Shown here piece by piece: positions 27,071 through 36,881 of a DNA stretch of 64,000 nucleotides (positions within the stretch are counted from its first letter, which is position 1; each line of letters opens with the position of its first letter). The notes below the pieces were generated by a model, which saw only the letters and a program-made list of their open reading frames with translations, made no database searches and was not told where the DNA came from. The translations under genes and the position numbers were made by a program. This DNA comes from a virus: the IMG/VR virus record IMGVR_UViG_3300041409_000599, positions 1 through 64,000 of that record; one strand, given 5' to 3'.

Positions 27071-27553
27071 TTAGTTGACGCTGCCCTGGCCGCCGCTCTC
27101 AGACTTTGGCCAGTATCCGTGCTCTACAAAGAATTCCTTTTCCGCTTCGCTCTTGCCTTCCAGTTGTTTCCTGAACTGATCGTGCTCCTGGCCTTTCACC
27201 ATGAAGCCCTGCATCTCAGCCACTAGGCGCAACGCCGCCACCTGGCCTGTGATATTGCTGTTCGTTTCTTTGGGCAGCATGTCGGCCAGCTTCAGCGCTC
27301 GTTCCGTCACGTCGATCTTGCTGGCCTTGGTGGCAATCTTCCGGGCTGATACCTCAACCATCTGCTTCCGCTTTTCCTCGATCGCCTTGGCAATCTCTGG
27401 TATCTGCATCAGACGAAACGAGTCGCGTGCCGGATCGGAGAACCCAGCATCGCGCGCCGCCTGTACGTCATCACCCTTCCACGCCAGCACGTAGGCCATG
27501 CGCATTTCCGTCCACTTGAATTTGTTCTTGCCGGTTCTCTTGTGTGACGCCAT
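27071..27553 (-). CDS. Terminase small subunit
   Basis: QAARDAGFS....SFRLMQIPEIAKAI HTH pattern; directly upstream of TerL. Confidence 0.78.
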   Translation of the reverse strand: MASHKRTGKNKFKWTEMRMAYVLAWKGDDVQAARDAGFSDPARDSFRLMQIPEIAKAIEEKRKQMVEVSARKIATKASKIDVTERALKLADMLPKETNSNITGQVAALRLVAEMQGFMVKGQEHDQFRKQLEGKSEAEKEFFVEHGYWPKSESGGQGSVN

Positions 27554-30500
27554 TACCGCTCCTCAAAGGCATGCAGTGCACCTTCGCGTTCGCCTTCAAT
27601 GGGATTGCCCCGCATGGTGCTGACGGCCTTCTTCAGCATGATTGGCCGGATAATCGCTTTCTCTTCCGGCGTGGCCGCGTTGAATACCTTCTTTACGTCT
27701 GAGTAGCGATCGAGGCGCGGCAGGTAGAAGCTCAACTCGTCCAGCGCCTGCTTCTTCAGTTGGGCTTTGCGCTCCTTCTGGCTCAAGTCGCCGGACTCGA
27801 TGCGCGCGCGCTTGTCGTCCAATTGCTTCTGCAGGTCCGGAGTCAGCGCCATGTTCTCGCGCAGGAGTTCGTGCATCAGCCGCACCGCGGTCGATTGCGT
27901 TTCGGAATTGGGGAAGGTAACGCCAGCCTGGTAGGCCAGCAGGTCGCGGGTCGGAGTCTCTGACCGTTCTGCCTTTTCTACCTGCTGCGTCGGGCCCAGG
28001 GCGCCAGTAATCTTTTTGCCCACATCATGCGCGATCGTTGCCGCCGGCGCATGCCGATCGTAGATCCTGCTGCCGCTGTAGAAGTCACGATTGAACGCCA
28101 ACTCCGCCGCTGTCTTCGGCAGGACCGCCGGCGTGAATGTTCCCTGAATCAATTCCTCTGGCGGCTTGTTGCCTTTTACAATCTCATTCACCAGATACGG
28201 CACCGCCGAAGCGCCAGAGCGTACCATGCGCGCCTTGGGGTCGCCCGTAATCTTCTTCAGCAGTTTGTCCCACATCTCATAGGCCACAAACGTCAGCAGC
28301 CCCAGCATGAACAGGTGATCAAACCCGCGCGCCCGGTCCTTCCATGTGCTGTCCGGGCTAGCCGCTTCCTTCAACATCTGCCCGTAGGATTTCCACACGC
28401 CATAGTGGTACCGGCTGAATACCGTCAGCATGTGGCTGTTCATGAATTTCGAAAGACCATGCGAGTTGAGCACCCGTGAAGGGATCCGGTAATCAGGGAT
28501 GTGCTTCGCCGTCTCCGCAGCAGCCTCTTCAAAGGGCATGCCGCCCAGGGCTTTCTCATAGGTCGCCTGCAGAAAAAAGATATCGTTCGACATCCACGTC
28601 ATCTTCTGCCCCAGCTTGTACAGCCCTTTCATCATGTCCAGATGGTTGGCGTAGCCGGCCGCTTTCGCCAGCATGCTCGCCACGTCGGTGTGATGGTCAA
28701 GGTAGCCGAGGATTGAATCCACCAGGTGCTTATGCAGTTCGCGCAGGTCCTGGCGATGGCTCATCATCGGCGCGCCGTGGTCCAGCGCCTGCACAAAGTC
28801 GTCGTTCTGCGTTACCACGGCTTTGATTGCCCGAATGCCGGCTTTGAACGAACGCGGATACCTGAACACGTTGAAATTGCCGGTGACGCCTCGTTCCACC
28901 AGCCAGTGATTGCCGATGTTATAGACGTGCCGCGCGGGATTGAGCACCAGGGACGCTGTCATCAGGTTGCCGATCTTTTCCATGGCGCCGGCAGGGTCGG
29001 CATGCAGTTCGTCGGCAAAGCGGTCCAGCGTTTCCGCCAGATGCTTTTCAAAATAGTAGCCATTGAATTGCGGCAGGTTCACCGTGCGCCAGCCGTCCGG
29101 AGGCATCTCGCCATGCTCCGGCTTGAAACTCAGGCTCTTGAACTCAGGGTCTTCCTTCATCGCATCGAGCGCGTCATTGGCTCGTTCCGCGCGCCGAAGT
29201 TGCAGATAGTCCACCACGGTGTTGGCCAGCGCGTTCTTGTAGTAGCGAACGCCGGTGTGCTCCTCAATCTCTTTAGTTGTGGCCTGCTTCAACGTCCAGC
29301 GCTGGCCGTCTTTATCGTTGAACTCATCTCCCACCTGCAAGCCGGGCTTGTCTTTGGCGAACTCTGAAGCGCTGCCGTTATCGAACGCCGTCATGGTGTC
29401 GCCATTGCGATGGACCACCACGCGCTGGCCGTCTTCGTCTTCCGCGGCAAACATCCGGCGCCCTTTGAGAGAACTGGCCGCTTTCGATAGCACGTTGCCT
29501 TTGCCGGTGCCGCCTTTGCCGCGCATGGCGCGTTCCATCTGGTTGTTCTTGCCCTGGACCTCGCGATGGATATAACCGTCGTCCTCGCCCATGGGAACGC
29601 CGGCCTTGTTCAGCTTGGCGCGCATTTCGGAATTGGCGTCCATCAGCGGCTGTACTACGCCCTCAAGGTTGGCCTGCTGCCGGGCCGTCAGCGCTTCGCC
29701 GCTATCTTCTTTATGGTGGTAGATGGCGGCCTGGTCTTCGGGCGAGGTTGTCGGGCCCACGGCCTTCAGCAGCTTGATCACGCGCAGCACGTCGGCATCT
29801 GACTGCTTGCCCAGCTGGTAGAGCGTGTCGTCAATATTCTTGGCCGCTTTGTTTAATCCCGGTTCCAGTACTCGGTCCCAGGTCTTTTCTTTCGCGGCCT
29901 TCACCAGATCGGCTACGGCCGATGGAACGTTGAGACGGGCAAAGCCGGATTCACCGCTCTTGTCCTTGAGCGTCTTCAGTCCGACGGTTACAGTCTTGCC
30001 GTCGTCGGTCTTGACCCGGGCAATATTCATTTCCGGGTGGACGTACTGCACTTGACCGCTGCGGCCATCGGCCAGGGTTACGGTTTCGCCTTTGGCTGGT
30101 GCGCCCGGCTGATTGAATAACCCGCTCTGCCCGCTCGCTTCCGAATCGCGAAACAGCGGCGAGTTGCGTTCCATTTCGCCGGTCTTGGTGCTTATCGATT
30201 CTTTTGGCGCGGTAATCTCGCGCGAGAGGTCTTCGCCGTGCTTTTCAGCAACGGCTTCCTTTTCTGCCGCAACATGAGGTTCCATGCCGGGCAGTGTTGG
30301 CTCTTCAGATTTGTTTTTTGGTCTGCGTAGCTCTTCCAGGTCGGAAGGTTTTACTGAGGCTTGCCGGTCGGCGTTTCCTGCATCTTCTTCTGCATGTCCT
30401 GGATGCTCTTGAACTCGTTCAGCACCCTGCCCTTCGCTCCCGGTGACAGCTTTTCGTAGCTCGGCTCTGACGGCTTGGTAGGCTCTGCTCTTAACGTCTT

Positions 30501-33500
30501 CCGGTTTGTGGTATCCACTGGCTAACTCCTTGGCGGACTTTTCCAGAATGTCATTGACCGGGCCGGTGTGCGAACTCAGTTTATTGTACGCCTCCTCGGC
30601 CTGCCCGGCGGCATCGGCAATCTTTCTGTTCTGCTCGGCCTTCAGCTTCTGGCCCTTCACCTGGCCCAGCGCGGACGCTTTGTCCTCGGTCGCCACTGAT
30701 CCAAACACCCTGCGCTCTTTTGCTATCTGCGCTTTGATGTGCGCCGATATCTCCGCTTTCTCCAGAGCCAGAGAATGGATCTGCTGATTGGCGCCGAACA
30801 ATCCCCCTTGCTCAATGGTCTTGTTGCCGGAGTTGCCCACGAACCGCGCCAGCTCCGCGACCGTCGCATCAGTAACGCTCTTGCCTTGCTTCTCGCGCTT
30901 GTCGAGCAGTTTTAGAATCGCTTCCTGCTGCGCCGGATCACTCGTCGCCTGTCCGATGGCCACGCCGCGGCCTTCGCTCATCTTGCCCGTGGCCACACGC
31001 TCAAAGATCGATTGATCGAGTTTAGATAGCGCCAGGCCGTCCGCGGCTTTGGACTCGCCCAGGGAGATGCCGTGCTTGCTCAGGTCGGCGGGTGAGATGC
31101 CGCTCTCGCGGAAGAATTTTGCCGCGTCGACGGCTGTCCCTCTGCCTTCAGCAATGTTCTGCAGGGCGCCCGTTGCGCGCGCTTCGCCTGCGGTGTCAAC
31201 ATTCAAATGGCGCGCAAGAAGATCATGTGCGCCGTTTTCTTTTGCCAGTTGAACGCGATGGTGTCCATTGACCACGTAAGTCTTGCCATCGGCGGGATTG
31301 TGCCAGATGGAGACCACGCCAGCCAGATCGTCATTCCATTTCTGCCCGGAAAGAAGGTTGGTTACGCCGTGTTCGTTGGTGTTGAGTTTGTACTGAAATT
31401 CTTTTGGCGCGATCGTGAGGTCATCCACGCGGACGCGGCCAGCCTGCCCTTTGGCCGGGATGCCTTCAGGCAGTTGATGCTCAATCTCTGATTCGTGGAA
31501 GGTCTGGGGAGCTACTTCTTCGGTTCCACCTTGAGTGGCGGCTTCATGTCCGACTTCAGTAATTCCTCTAAGCTCACCACGGGCACGCTCTCCGGCTGCT
31601 TCTCTGGCGGTCTTGTGTTTGTGGAGTTCGGCTTCTGCGGATTTGAGGTCGGTTCCTGTGCCATAGCTAAAGTCTACTCCTTGGAGCGTGACGGTATTTC
31701 CATCTGCATCGGTGACGGTAAACTCGCGGTTCCTGAGGATCGCGCGCGCCTTTTCCAGCCCGGCTTTCAATTGCTCCGGCGATTCACCGCGATAGAGAAA
31801 TTCATCACCCTTCTGATGGTAAGCGTCCAGTCCGGCTTCTTTCGCCGCTTCGGCTTTGGCCACCAGAATAGTGTTGCCTGCCTTGTATCCAAACTTGTCA
31901 TTGAAGGCTTTCAGCGCGTCGGCGTCCGACATGGCCACCGCCGGCGACGAGGGCGCATCGTGGAAGGCGCGGCCATTCGGAATTGGCATCTCTGTGTGTG
32001 TGCCGTCGCCATTGTCCAGCCGCGACGTGTGCAGTTCCCGCGCCATCTCATGCGGCTTCATATCCGCCACGCGCTTGCGCTCGGCCACGTTGGTGCGGCG
32101 GTCCGGCTTGTTGCCGTATACCGTACCTTTGCCAGAATCGTAATCGGGAAAGAGCACGACTACATTGTGTGGGCCGTACTTTTTCCCTGCGGATCGGCCA
32201 CCTTCGTGGCGCAACCCGTGATATCCCATCTCCACCAGATTCTGGGAGATGTCGCCGAGCAGGTCCTGAATTTCGTAAGCCGGGATGCGCTGCGCCGCCG
32301 ATTCATCCCGTAATTCTGAATAGATGTGCGTGCCCTTGGTGCCTTCAGGAAAGGCAGACATGCCCAAGGGGGTGTACTGTTCAATTCGTTTATTGAAGAG
32401 CTGGAGAACTTTGTCCGGCAGAGGCTTTTCCAGATCCAGAACTTTTGCGCCTGGTAACTCGGCTGAGAGCACGTGACGCTGTTCTGTCCTACCCTCGTCA
32501 GGTTTTCTGGTTCGCTTGTAACCTTCTGCCACTTTCGGATTATCGGTAAGGTAAAGCCCTGGACCGTAAATGTTCAATTCACCGGAGAACCCTACCGGAT
32601 CAGCCTCTTTCAGTTCCGTCAAACCATGGGGCGTGCCGTGATAAAACGTCTTGCCGCCGGGCAATTCCTCGTGTGTCAATGGTTCATATTTGTAGCCGCC
32701 TTCAAGGGGTATGCGTTCTTCTGTCCCATCTCTCTTGCTGACGACAACATGGTCCACAGGGATCTTGCCGCCCTCCAGATGGCTGCCGCCTTCATATTTG
32801 GCAACATGTTCCGGCTTCACGTAGCCCAGAGTGACGTGCGGCTTATACTCGCCGTGGTCGTCCGGCTTAAACTCGCCGGCGCCCTCAACCGCTGAACGCA
32901 AGGCGTTAAGTTCGGGAGATTTCTCCACGTGCACAATGACTGGATGGGCACCTTCCTTGGTGGCCGGGAATGATCCAGTCTTGCCGACCGTGGCCTCAAA
33001 CGGCGCTATCTTGGCCGCCGCATCCTTTATATGGGCGATGGCTTCAGGGCTGTCGTCTTTCAGGCCATAACGCACCGTAACGTGCGGAGTCTTTTCCTTG
33101 CCGTTCGGCCCCAGATGCTCTTCCGGGATGGCCGCAACCGCTTCGGTATGCCGCTGGCCCAGCTCGCTCTTGGGCTCGATATTGACTTGCGTGGACGCAT
33201 ATTCATGCGCTGGCTGGATGTCATTCTCGGTGAATACTTTAGGAGCAGCTACTTCCTGTTTTGCTCCCTCATTTCCGGTCAGATTTTGGGTAGATTGAGA
33301 CTCCTGGGGCACACCAGGAGCCTGTGTTTCGCCCAAGTCAGTCTGAACCGGCTGCGGAGTGGGTGCCTGTGGCTCTTGAGCCGGTGTTGCCTTCGGTGGA
33401 CGCGAACTGGCTAGGAACTGTCTGACCGGTGCTGCCGGCGTACTTGTGGCTTCAGGTGTCCTATTGGCAGCTTCCGGTGAGCTTTTGGCCGGTTGCTGTG

Positions 33501-35010
33501 AGCTTTCGGTCTTTACTTGCACCTTGGCCGCTTCAGCCGTGGCCTTATCGTGCGCTGCCACGCCATCATTAATAAGCTTGGCCGCCAGTGCTTCCGCTGC
33601 GTCGGGCGTCTTCGCGATGTGGATCTTGCCATCCACCACGACCTTGCCCTTGTTGTCGGCAATCCACTGCGTCAGGTTCTGGTGCGCCTCGTCGATAACC
33701 TGGTTGCGTTTTCCTTCCGGGACTTTTGCGATCGTCTGCGCCAGATGGTCAACCTGCGCGCCCGAAAGCTTGTTGCCAAACTCCTCGCCCGGAGTGGGTG
33801 GCGGCGGCGCCGGAGGCGGTACCGCTGGCCTTCCTGCAACAACGTTCTTGGCCATCGTCGCGGAGGCGTTGGCCTTCACCATCGACGCAACCTCAGAAGG
33901 CATCGGCCTTGGAGGTGCTTCAGGATTGTGCGGCGTACCGGTTATTTCTCCCGGCCCGGGTCCAAGTTGGCGTGGCTGGCCGGTTCTTCCAGTTGATGTG
34001 TCGCCTTCCGGTGCGGCTTTGTCCTCATAAGAAAATCCTCGCGAGAACTTTCGTCCGAATCGCGTATCACCGACTTTGGCCCCAATCGTCACGTCTTCCG
34101 GGGTCACGCGGACACCGCCAGATACCCTGTCACCAAAAGCGGAGAACTCTCCTATCCGGGTTGGACGTGGTCCCGGGCCTTTACCGTAGCCGGACTTCAG
34201 CCCGGAAACCACGCCCAGGGCTGACGGCGCAAACATCGACACCGTGCGAATCAGGTCTTCATCTTCAGGCGATACATGCCCGTGGACGGCTGCGCCTGCG
34301 CCCTCGCTGGCGAGCATGCCTGCGCCGAATCCCAGCGCTGTCTTGGCCGGGGCCATCACACCAGATGCCGCTACCAGCGGCAAACTGACATCGCCTACGC
34401 CCTTGATGGTTTCAGCAATGCCGCTCATTTCCTGCCGCCGGGCTGCTTCGGGCATCCGTGTAAGCGGTACGCGCTGGCCGGTACGAGGATTGGTAAAGAA
34501 CGCGCCGTTGTCCGGTACCTGCTGGCTTTCAGCTTTCTTGATGTCGCTGGCACCGCTGGCAATCTGCTCCGGGCCAGTCGTAAACGGACGCGCCGGATCA
34601 TAGATCGGCATATCCGCTTCAGGCACGGCAGAGAGTGGAACGCGCTGGCCAGTCCGAGGATTCGTGAAATGGCCGTCCGTTGGTTCCTTCGGTGCACCTG
34701 CAACCGGAGCCAGCGGCATACCGGCGGATTCACTGGCGGCAGTCTGTGGACTCTTCGCGCGCGCCACGGACGCCTGTGTGTCTTTGTCCGGCTGGTTCCA
34801 GAGCGTTCCAACCACATCAGAAAACTTTGGCGCAGGACGAGACGCGGCCGGTGCTTTGTATCCGGGAGAGCCGGGGCCAAGGGGATTGCCGCCGAGCGCA
34901 GTTCCGGTGCTGGGTTTGGCTATCTCGTCTTCGCCGAAGGTGATCGGCTTGGACGACTGGCCGGACTGATCGATGTCCTGATCGCTAAAAACTACCGGGG
35001 AATCGGGCAT
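27553..35010 (-). CDS. Giant polyvalent, probably injected protein (2H phosphoesterase + ART-like + GGDEF-like + ParB-like + helical C-terminus)
   Basis: HVTV...HVTL; FYHGT...GPGLYLT; DADALKAFNDKFG..AG...KGDEF; FQYK...YVVNGHHR; follows the ejection genes. Confidence 0.85.
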   Translation of the reverse strand: MPDSPVVFSDQDIDQSGQSSKPITFGEDEIAKPSTGTALGGNPLGPGSPGYKAPAASRPAPKFSDVVGTLWNQPDKDTQASVARAKSPQTAASESAGMPLAPVAGAPKEPTDGHFTNPRTGQRVPLSAVPEADMPIYDPARPFTTGPEQIASGASDIKKAESQQVPDNGAFFTNPRTGQRVPLTRMPEAARRQEMSGIAETIKGVGDVSLPLVAASGVMAPAKTALGFGAGMLASEGAGAAVHGHVSPEDEDLIRTVSMFAPSALGVVSGLKSGYGKGPGPRPTRIGEFSAFGDRVSGGVRVTPEDVTIGAKVGDTRFGRKFSRGFSYEDKAAPEGDTSTGRTGQPRQLGPGPGEITGTPHNPEAPPRPMPSEVASMVKANASATMAKNVVAGRPAVPPPAPPPPTPGEEFGNKLSGAQVDHLAQTIAKVPEGKRNQVIDEAHQNLTQWIADNKGKVVVDGKIHIAKTPDAAEALAAKLINDGVAAHDKATAEAAKVQVKTESSQQPAKSSPEAANRTPEATSTPAAPVRQFLASSRPPKATPAQEPQAPTPQPVQTDLGETQAPGVPQESQSTQNLTGNEGAKQEVAAPKVFTENDIQPAHEYASTQVNIEPKSELGQRHTEAVAAIPEEHLGPNGKEKTPHVTVRYGLKDDSPEAIAHIKDAAAKIAPFEATVGKTGSFPATKEGAHPVIVHVEKSPELNALRSAVEGAGEFKPDDHGEYKPHVTLGYVKPEHVAKYEGGSHLEGGKIPVDHVVVSKRDGTEERIPLEGGYKYEPLTHEELPGGKTFYHGTPHGLTELKEADPVGFSGELNIYGPGLYLTDNPKVAEGYKRTRKPDEGRTEQRHVLSAELPGAKVLDLEKPLPDKVLQLFNKRIEQYTPLGMSAFPEGTKGTHIYSELRDESAAQRIPAYEIQDLLGDISQNLVEMGYHGLRHEGGRSAGKKYGPHNVVVLFPDYDSGKGTVYGNKPDRRTNVAERKRVADMKPHEMARELHTSRLDNGDGTHTEMPIPNGRAFHDAPSSPAVAMSDADALKAFNDKFGYKAGNTILVAKAEAAKEAGLDAYHQKGDEFLYRGESPEQLKAGLEKARAILRNREFTVTDADGNTVTLQGVDFSYGTGTDLKSAEAELHKHKTAREAAGERARGELRGITEVGHEAATQGGTEEVAPQTFHESEIEHQLPEGIPAKGQAGRVRVDDLTIAPKEFQYKLNTNEHGVTNLLSGQKWNDDLAGVVSIWHNPADGKTYVVNGHHRVQLAKENGAHDLLARHLNVDTAGEARATGALQNIAEGRGTAVDAAKFFRESGISPADLSKHGISLGESKAADGLALSKLDQSIFERVATGKMSEGRGVAIGQATSDPAQQEAILKLLDKREKQGKSVTDATVAELARFVGNSGNKTIEQGGLFGANQQIHSLALEKAEISAHIKAQIAKERRVFGSVATEDKASALGQVKGQKLKAEQNRKIADAAGQAEEAYNKLSSHTGPVNDILEKSAKELASGYHKPEDVKSRAYQAVRAELRKAVTGSEGQGAERVQEHPGHAEEDAGNADRQASVKPSDLEELRRPKNKSEEPTLPGMEPHVAAEKEAVAEKHGEDLSREITAPKESISTKTGEMERNSPLFRDSEASGQSGLFNQPGAPAKGETVTLADGRSGQVQYVHPEMNIARVKTDDGKTVTVGLKTLKDKSGESGFARLNVPSAVADLVKAAKEKTWDRVLEPGLNKAAKNIDDTLYQLGKQSDADVLRVIKLLKAVGPTTSPEDQAAIYHHKEDSGEALTARQQANLEGVVQPLMDANSEMRAKLNKAGVPMGEDDGYIHREVQGKNNQMERAMRGKGGTGKGNVLSKAASSLKGRRMFAAEDEDGQRVVVHRNGDTMTAFDNGSASEFAKDKPGLQVGDEFNDKDGQRWTLKQATTKEIEEHTGVRYYKNALANTVVDYLQLRRAERANDALDAMKEDPEFKSLSFKPEHGEMPPDGWRTVNLPQFNGYYFEKHLAETLDRFADELHADPAGAMEKIGNLMTASLVLNPARHVYNIGNHWLVERGVTGNFNVFRYPRSFKAGIRAIKAVVTQNDDFVQALDHGAPMMSHRQDLRELHKHLVDSILGYLDHHTDVASMLAKAAGYANHLDMMKGLYKLGQKMTWMSNDIFFLQATYEKALGGMPFEEAAAETAKHIPDYRIPSRVLNSHGLSKFMNSHMLTVFSRYHYGVWKSYGQMLKEAASPDSTWKDRARGFDHLFMLGLLTFVAYEMWDKLLKKITGDPKARMVRSGASAVPYLVNEIVKGNKPPEELIQGTFTPAVLPKTAAELAFNRDFYSGSRIYDRHAPAATIAHDVGKKITGALGPTQQVEKAERSETPTRDLLAYQAGVTFPNSETQSTAVRLMHELLRENMALTPDLQKQLDDKRARIESGDLSQKERKAQLKKQALDELSFYLPRLDRYSDVKKVFNAATPEEKAIIRPIMLKKAVSTMRGNPIEGEREGALHAFEER

Positions 35011-35029
35011 TTGGATTTATGATTGGGGC

Positions 35030-35230
35030 ATGAGAGGACGCGATAATTCAAAAGAGCGCTATTGGCAAGCGTCGGTAATGTGTGCGTTGGGATCGCTAGT
35101 CTACGCTGTGTTTTTTGGAATCGCGATTGCTAAGCAATTCCCTACTGCCGTGCCAATAATTTACGCTCTGATATGTGCATGGTTTCTGTGGCACGCCAAA
35201 CGTCTATGGGATGGCGATGTAGCTCAATGA
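35030..35230 (+). CDS. Small 2-TM protein (antisense moron)
   Basis: Two hydrophobic segments; fills the gap between late genes on the opposite strand. Confidence 0.55.
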   Translation: MRGRDNSKERYWQASVMCALGSLVYAVFFGIAIAKQFPTAVPIIYALICAWFLWHAKRLWDGDVAQ

Positions 35231-35562
35231 ACCGCCGCAACTTTCTTCAACTCGCCGCTCTCGCCGTCGCCGGACAAGCCGCAGAGCGTGTCTTTCCCTT
35301 CAGGGTATACAGCATCCCGAAAAATATTGTGGTGGCATCCAACTGGGATCAATTGATCATGCCGCCGTCCTCTCTCTACGGCATGCCTTACTATTTCCCG
35401 CCCGGCTGCCTTGGTAGTGTCGGCCCGTGGATGGGAATCAGCCGTGCCGAGTTCATCCCCTTCACAACATTAAAAAAGGACAGCGAAACCGCTGAAGCCG
35501 CCAGGACGCTGGCTAAGGCGCTGGACTGCCCTCATACTTACCGCCGGGCAGAATCTTTGTGA
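35227..35562 (+). CDS. Twin-arginine signal protein
   Basis: MNRRNFLQLAALAVAG; ATGA coupling. Confidence 0.6.
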   Translation: MNRRNFLQLAALAVAGQAAERVFPFRVYSIPKNIVVASNWDQLIMPPSSLYGMPYYFPPGCLGSVGPWMGISRAEFIPFTTLKKDSETAEAARTLAKALDCPHTYRRAESL

Positions 35563-36871
35563 TCTTTATCTTCTGCCCTTTCACCGTCACGATATCGCCC
35601 TTCTGCCGGCCAGTCTGCGTATTCGAGGTCTGACGCTGCGCTGCTTCGCCCTGTAGCTTCCCGCCTTTGCGGTGAGAGAGAATGTCATCACGCACCTGAT
35701 CGCGTTCGCCTTGAGCATCAGCCAGTTGCTTGTCGATGCCATTCGTATCCTGCTTGAACAGCACCGCATCGCGCCGCGCTCCCATCAGCGAATCGATCTT
35801 CTTGTCATTCAACTTCGTGCGGTTCTTAAAGTCTCGCTGCTCCGCCGGCGAGAGTCCATTTAGTTCCTGATTGTTCTCGTCCTTCCCGCCGCTCTTGCGA
35901 TGCATGTAGTTGAACATCGCCCGCGCGTTCGGATCGCCCAGCAGCGCGCCCTCTTCCGCCGTCTTCGGCGTGTACGGCACCATCTGCCCGCCCTTGGTCT
36001 TCACCATCAATTCCACTTTGCCGGTTGCGGGATTCTTCTGCAGTGACGGCCGCGCGTTCTGTGCCGGAGTGTTCTGGTCCTCCTGCGCTTTCCGTGTCTC
36101 TTCCGCGCGATCGTGCTTTGCTTTTTCCTCCGCCAGTGACGACCGGGCGCTTGCGGTTTCCTGCTGCGCTGCCGCCGTCTCTCCCCGCGCTGCGCCGATC
36201 TGCTGGTCGTACGCCTGCTTGTTGGCCGATTCAAACAGCTTGCGGTTTTCCTCGCCCAGGTCTTTCTGCTGCTTGATCTGGGTATCGAGGTTTTCCACGT
36301 TGCCCTGGCGCTGTGCCTCATCCTGTGAGTAGCGTGAGTTCGTCGCTCCGGGTCCGACGTTGGCCACCACGCCATGTCCCGACAATCCCGAGCCAAAGTT
36401 CGCCAGCGTCCCCGCAATCCTCGCGCCGATACCCATTCGATACTTGGGATCCATCTTCCCGCCGGCATCACGGATCGGTATCGGCGAGCCAATCTGCGCG
36501 CGCTTCTGCATCAGCTCGCCATAGGTCTGCTGCGGCGATGGCGGCGCCGGGGGATACTGCCGGGTAGTCGAACTGAGATCAAGCGGCGTGCCGCCATTGG
36601 GATTCGCGCTGCCCGGAACCGTTGGCGCTGGCGCGCCATCTCCGGAACTGGCAATGCGCTGGCCCAGGCTTGGACGTGGCTGCTGCTCGGGCTGCGCCGG
36701 CGCTTGCGGCGCGGCTGCTGGCTCAGGCTGCTGCGGAGGCTGTGGAATTTCCTGTGCGCGTTCGCCGGTCGATTCCATCTCGTCGGCGCGCCCCGGCACC
36801 TTCACCTTGAAGCCGCCTACATCCTGGTATTTATGCTCGTTTTCTTCTTCTGGTTGCTCAATATCAAACAC
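35513..36871 (-). CDS. Internal virion/ejection protein
   Basis: Q/A/P-rich coiled protein with a Gly-rich amphipathic segment; position between nozzle and giant protein. Confidence 0.6.
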   Translation of the reverse strand: MFDIEQPEEENEHKYQDVGGFKVKVPGRADEMESTGERAQEIPQPPQQPEPAAAPQAPAQPEQQPRPSLGQRIASSGDGAPAPTVPGSANPNGGTPLDLSSTTRQYPPAPPSPQQTYGELMQKRAQIGSPIPIRDAGGKMDPKYRMGIGARIAGTLANFGSGLSGHGVVANVGPGATNSRYSQDEAQRQGNVENLDTQIKQQKDLGEENRKLFESANKQAYDQQIGAARGETAAAQQETASARSSLAEEKAKHDRAEETRKAQEDQNTPAQNARPSLQKNPATGKVELMVKTKGGQMVPYTPKTAEEGALLGDPNARAMFNYMHRKSGGKDENNQELNGLSPAEQRDFKNRTKLNDKKIDSLMGARRDAVLFKQDTNGIDKQLADAQGERDQVRDDILSHRKGGKLQGEAAQRQTSNTQTGRQKGDIVTVKGQKIKITKILPGGKYEGSPAP

Positions 36872-36881
36872 AGTTGATCTC

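Noticed and set aside
27760-35022. Many + strand ORFs opposite the giant gene, and similar antisense ORFs across the window
   Set aside because: Shadow frames of GC-rich coding sequence with no motifs or RBS
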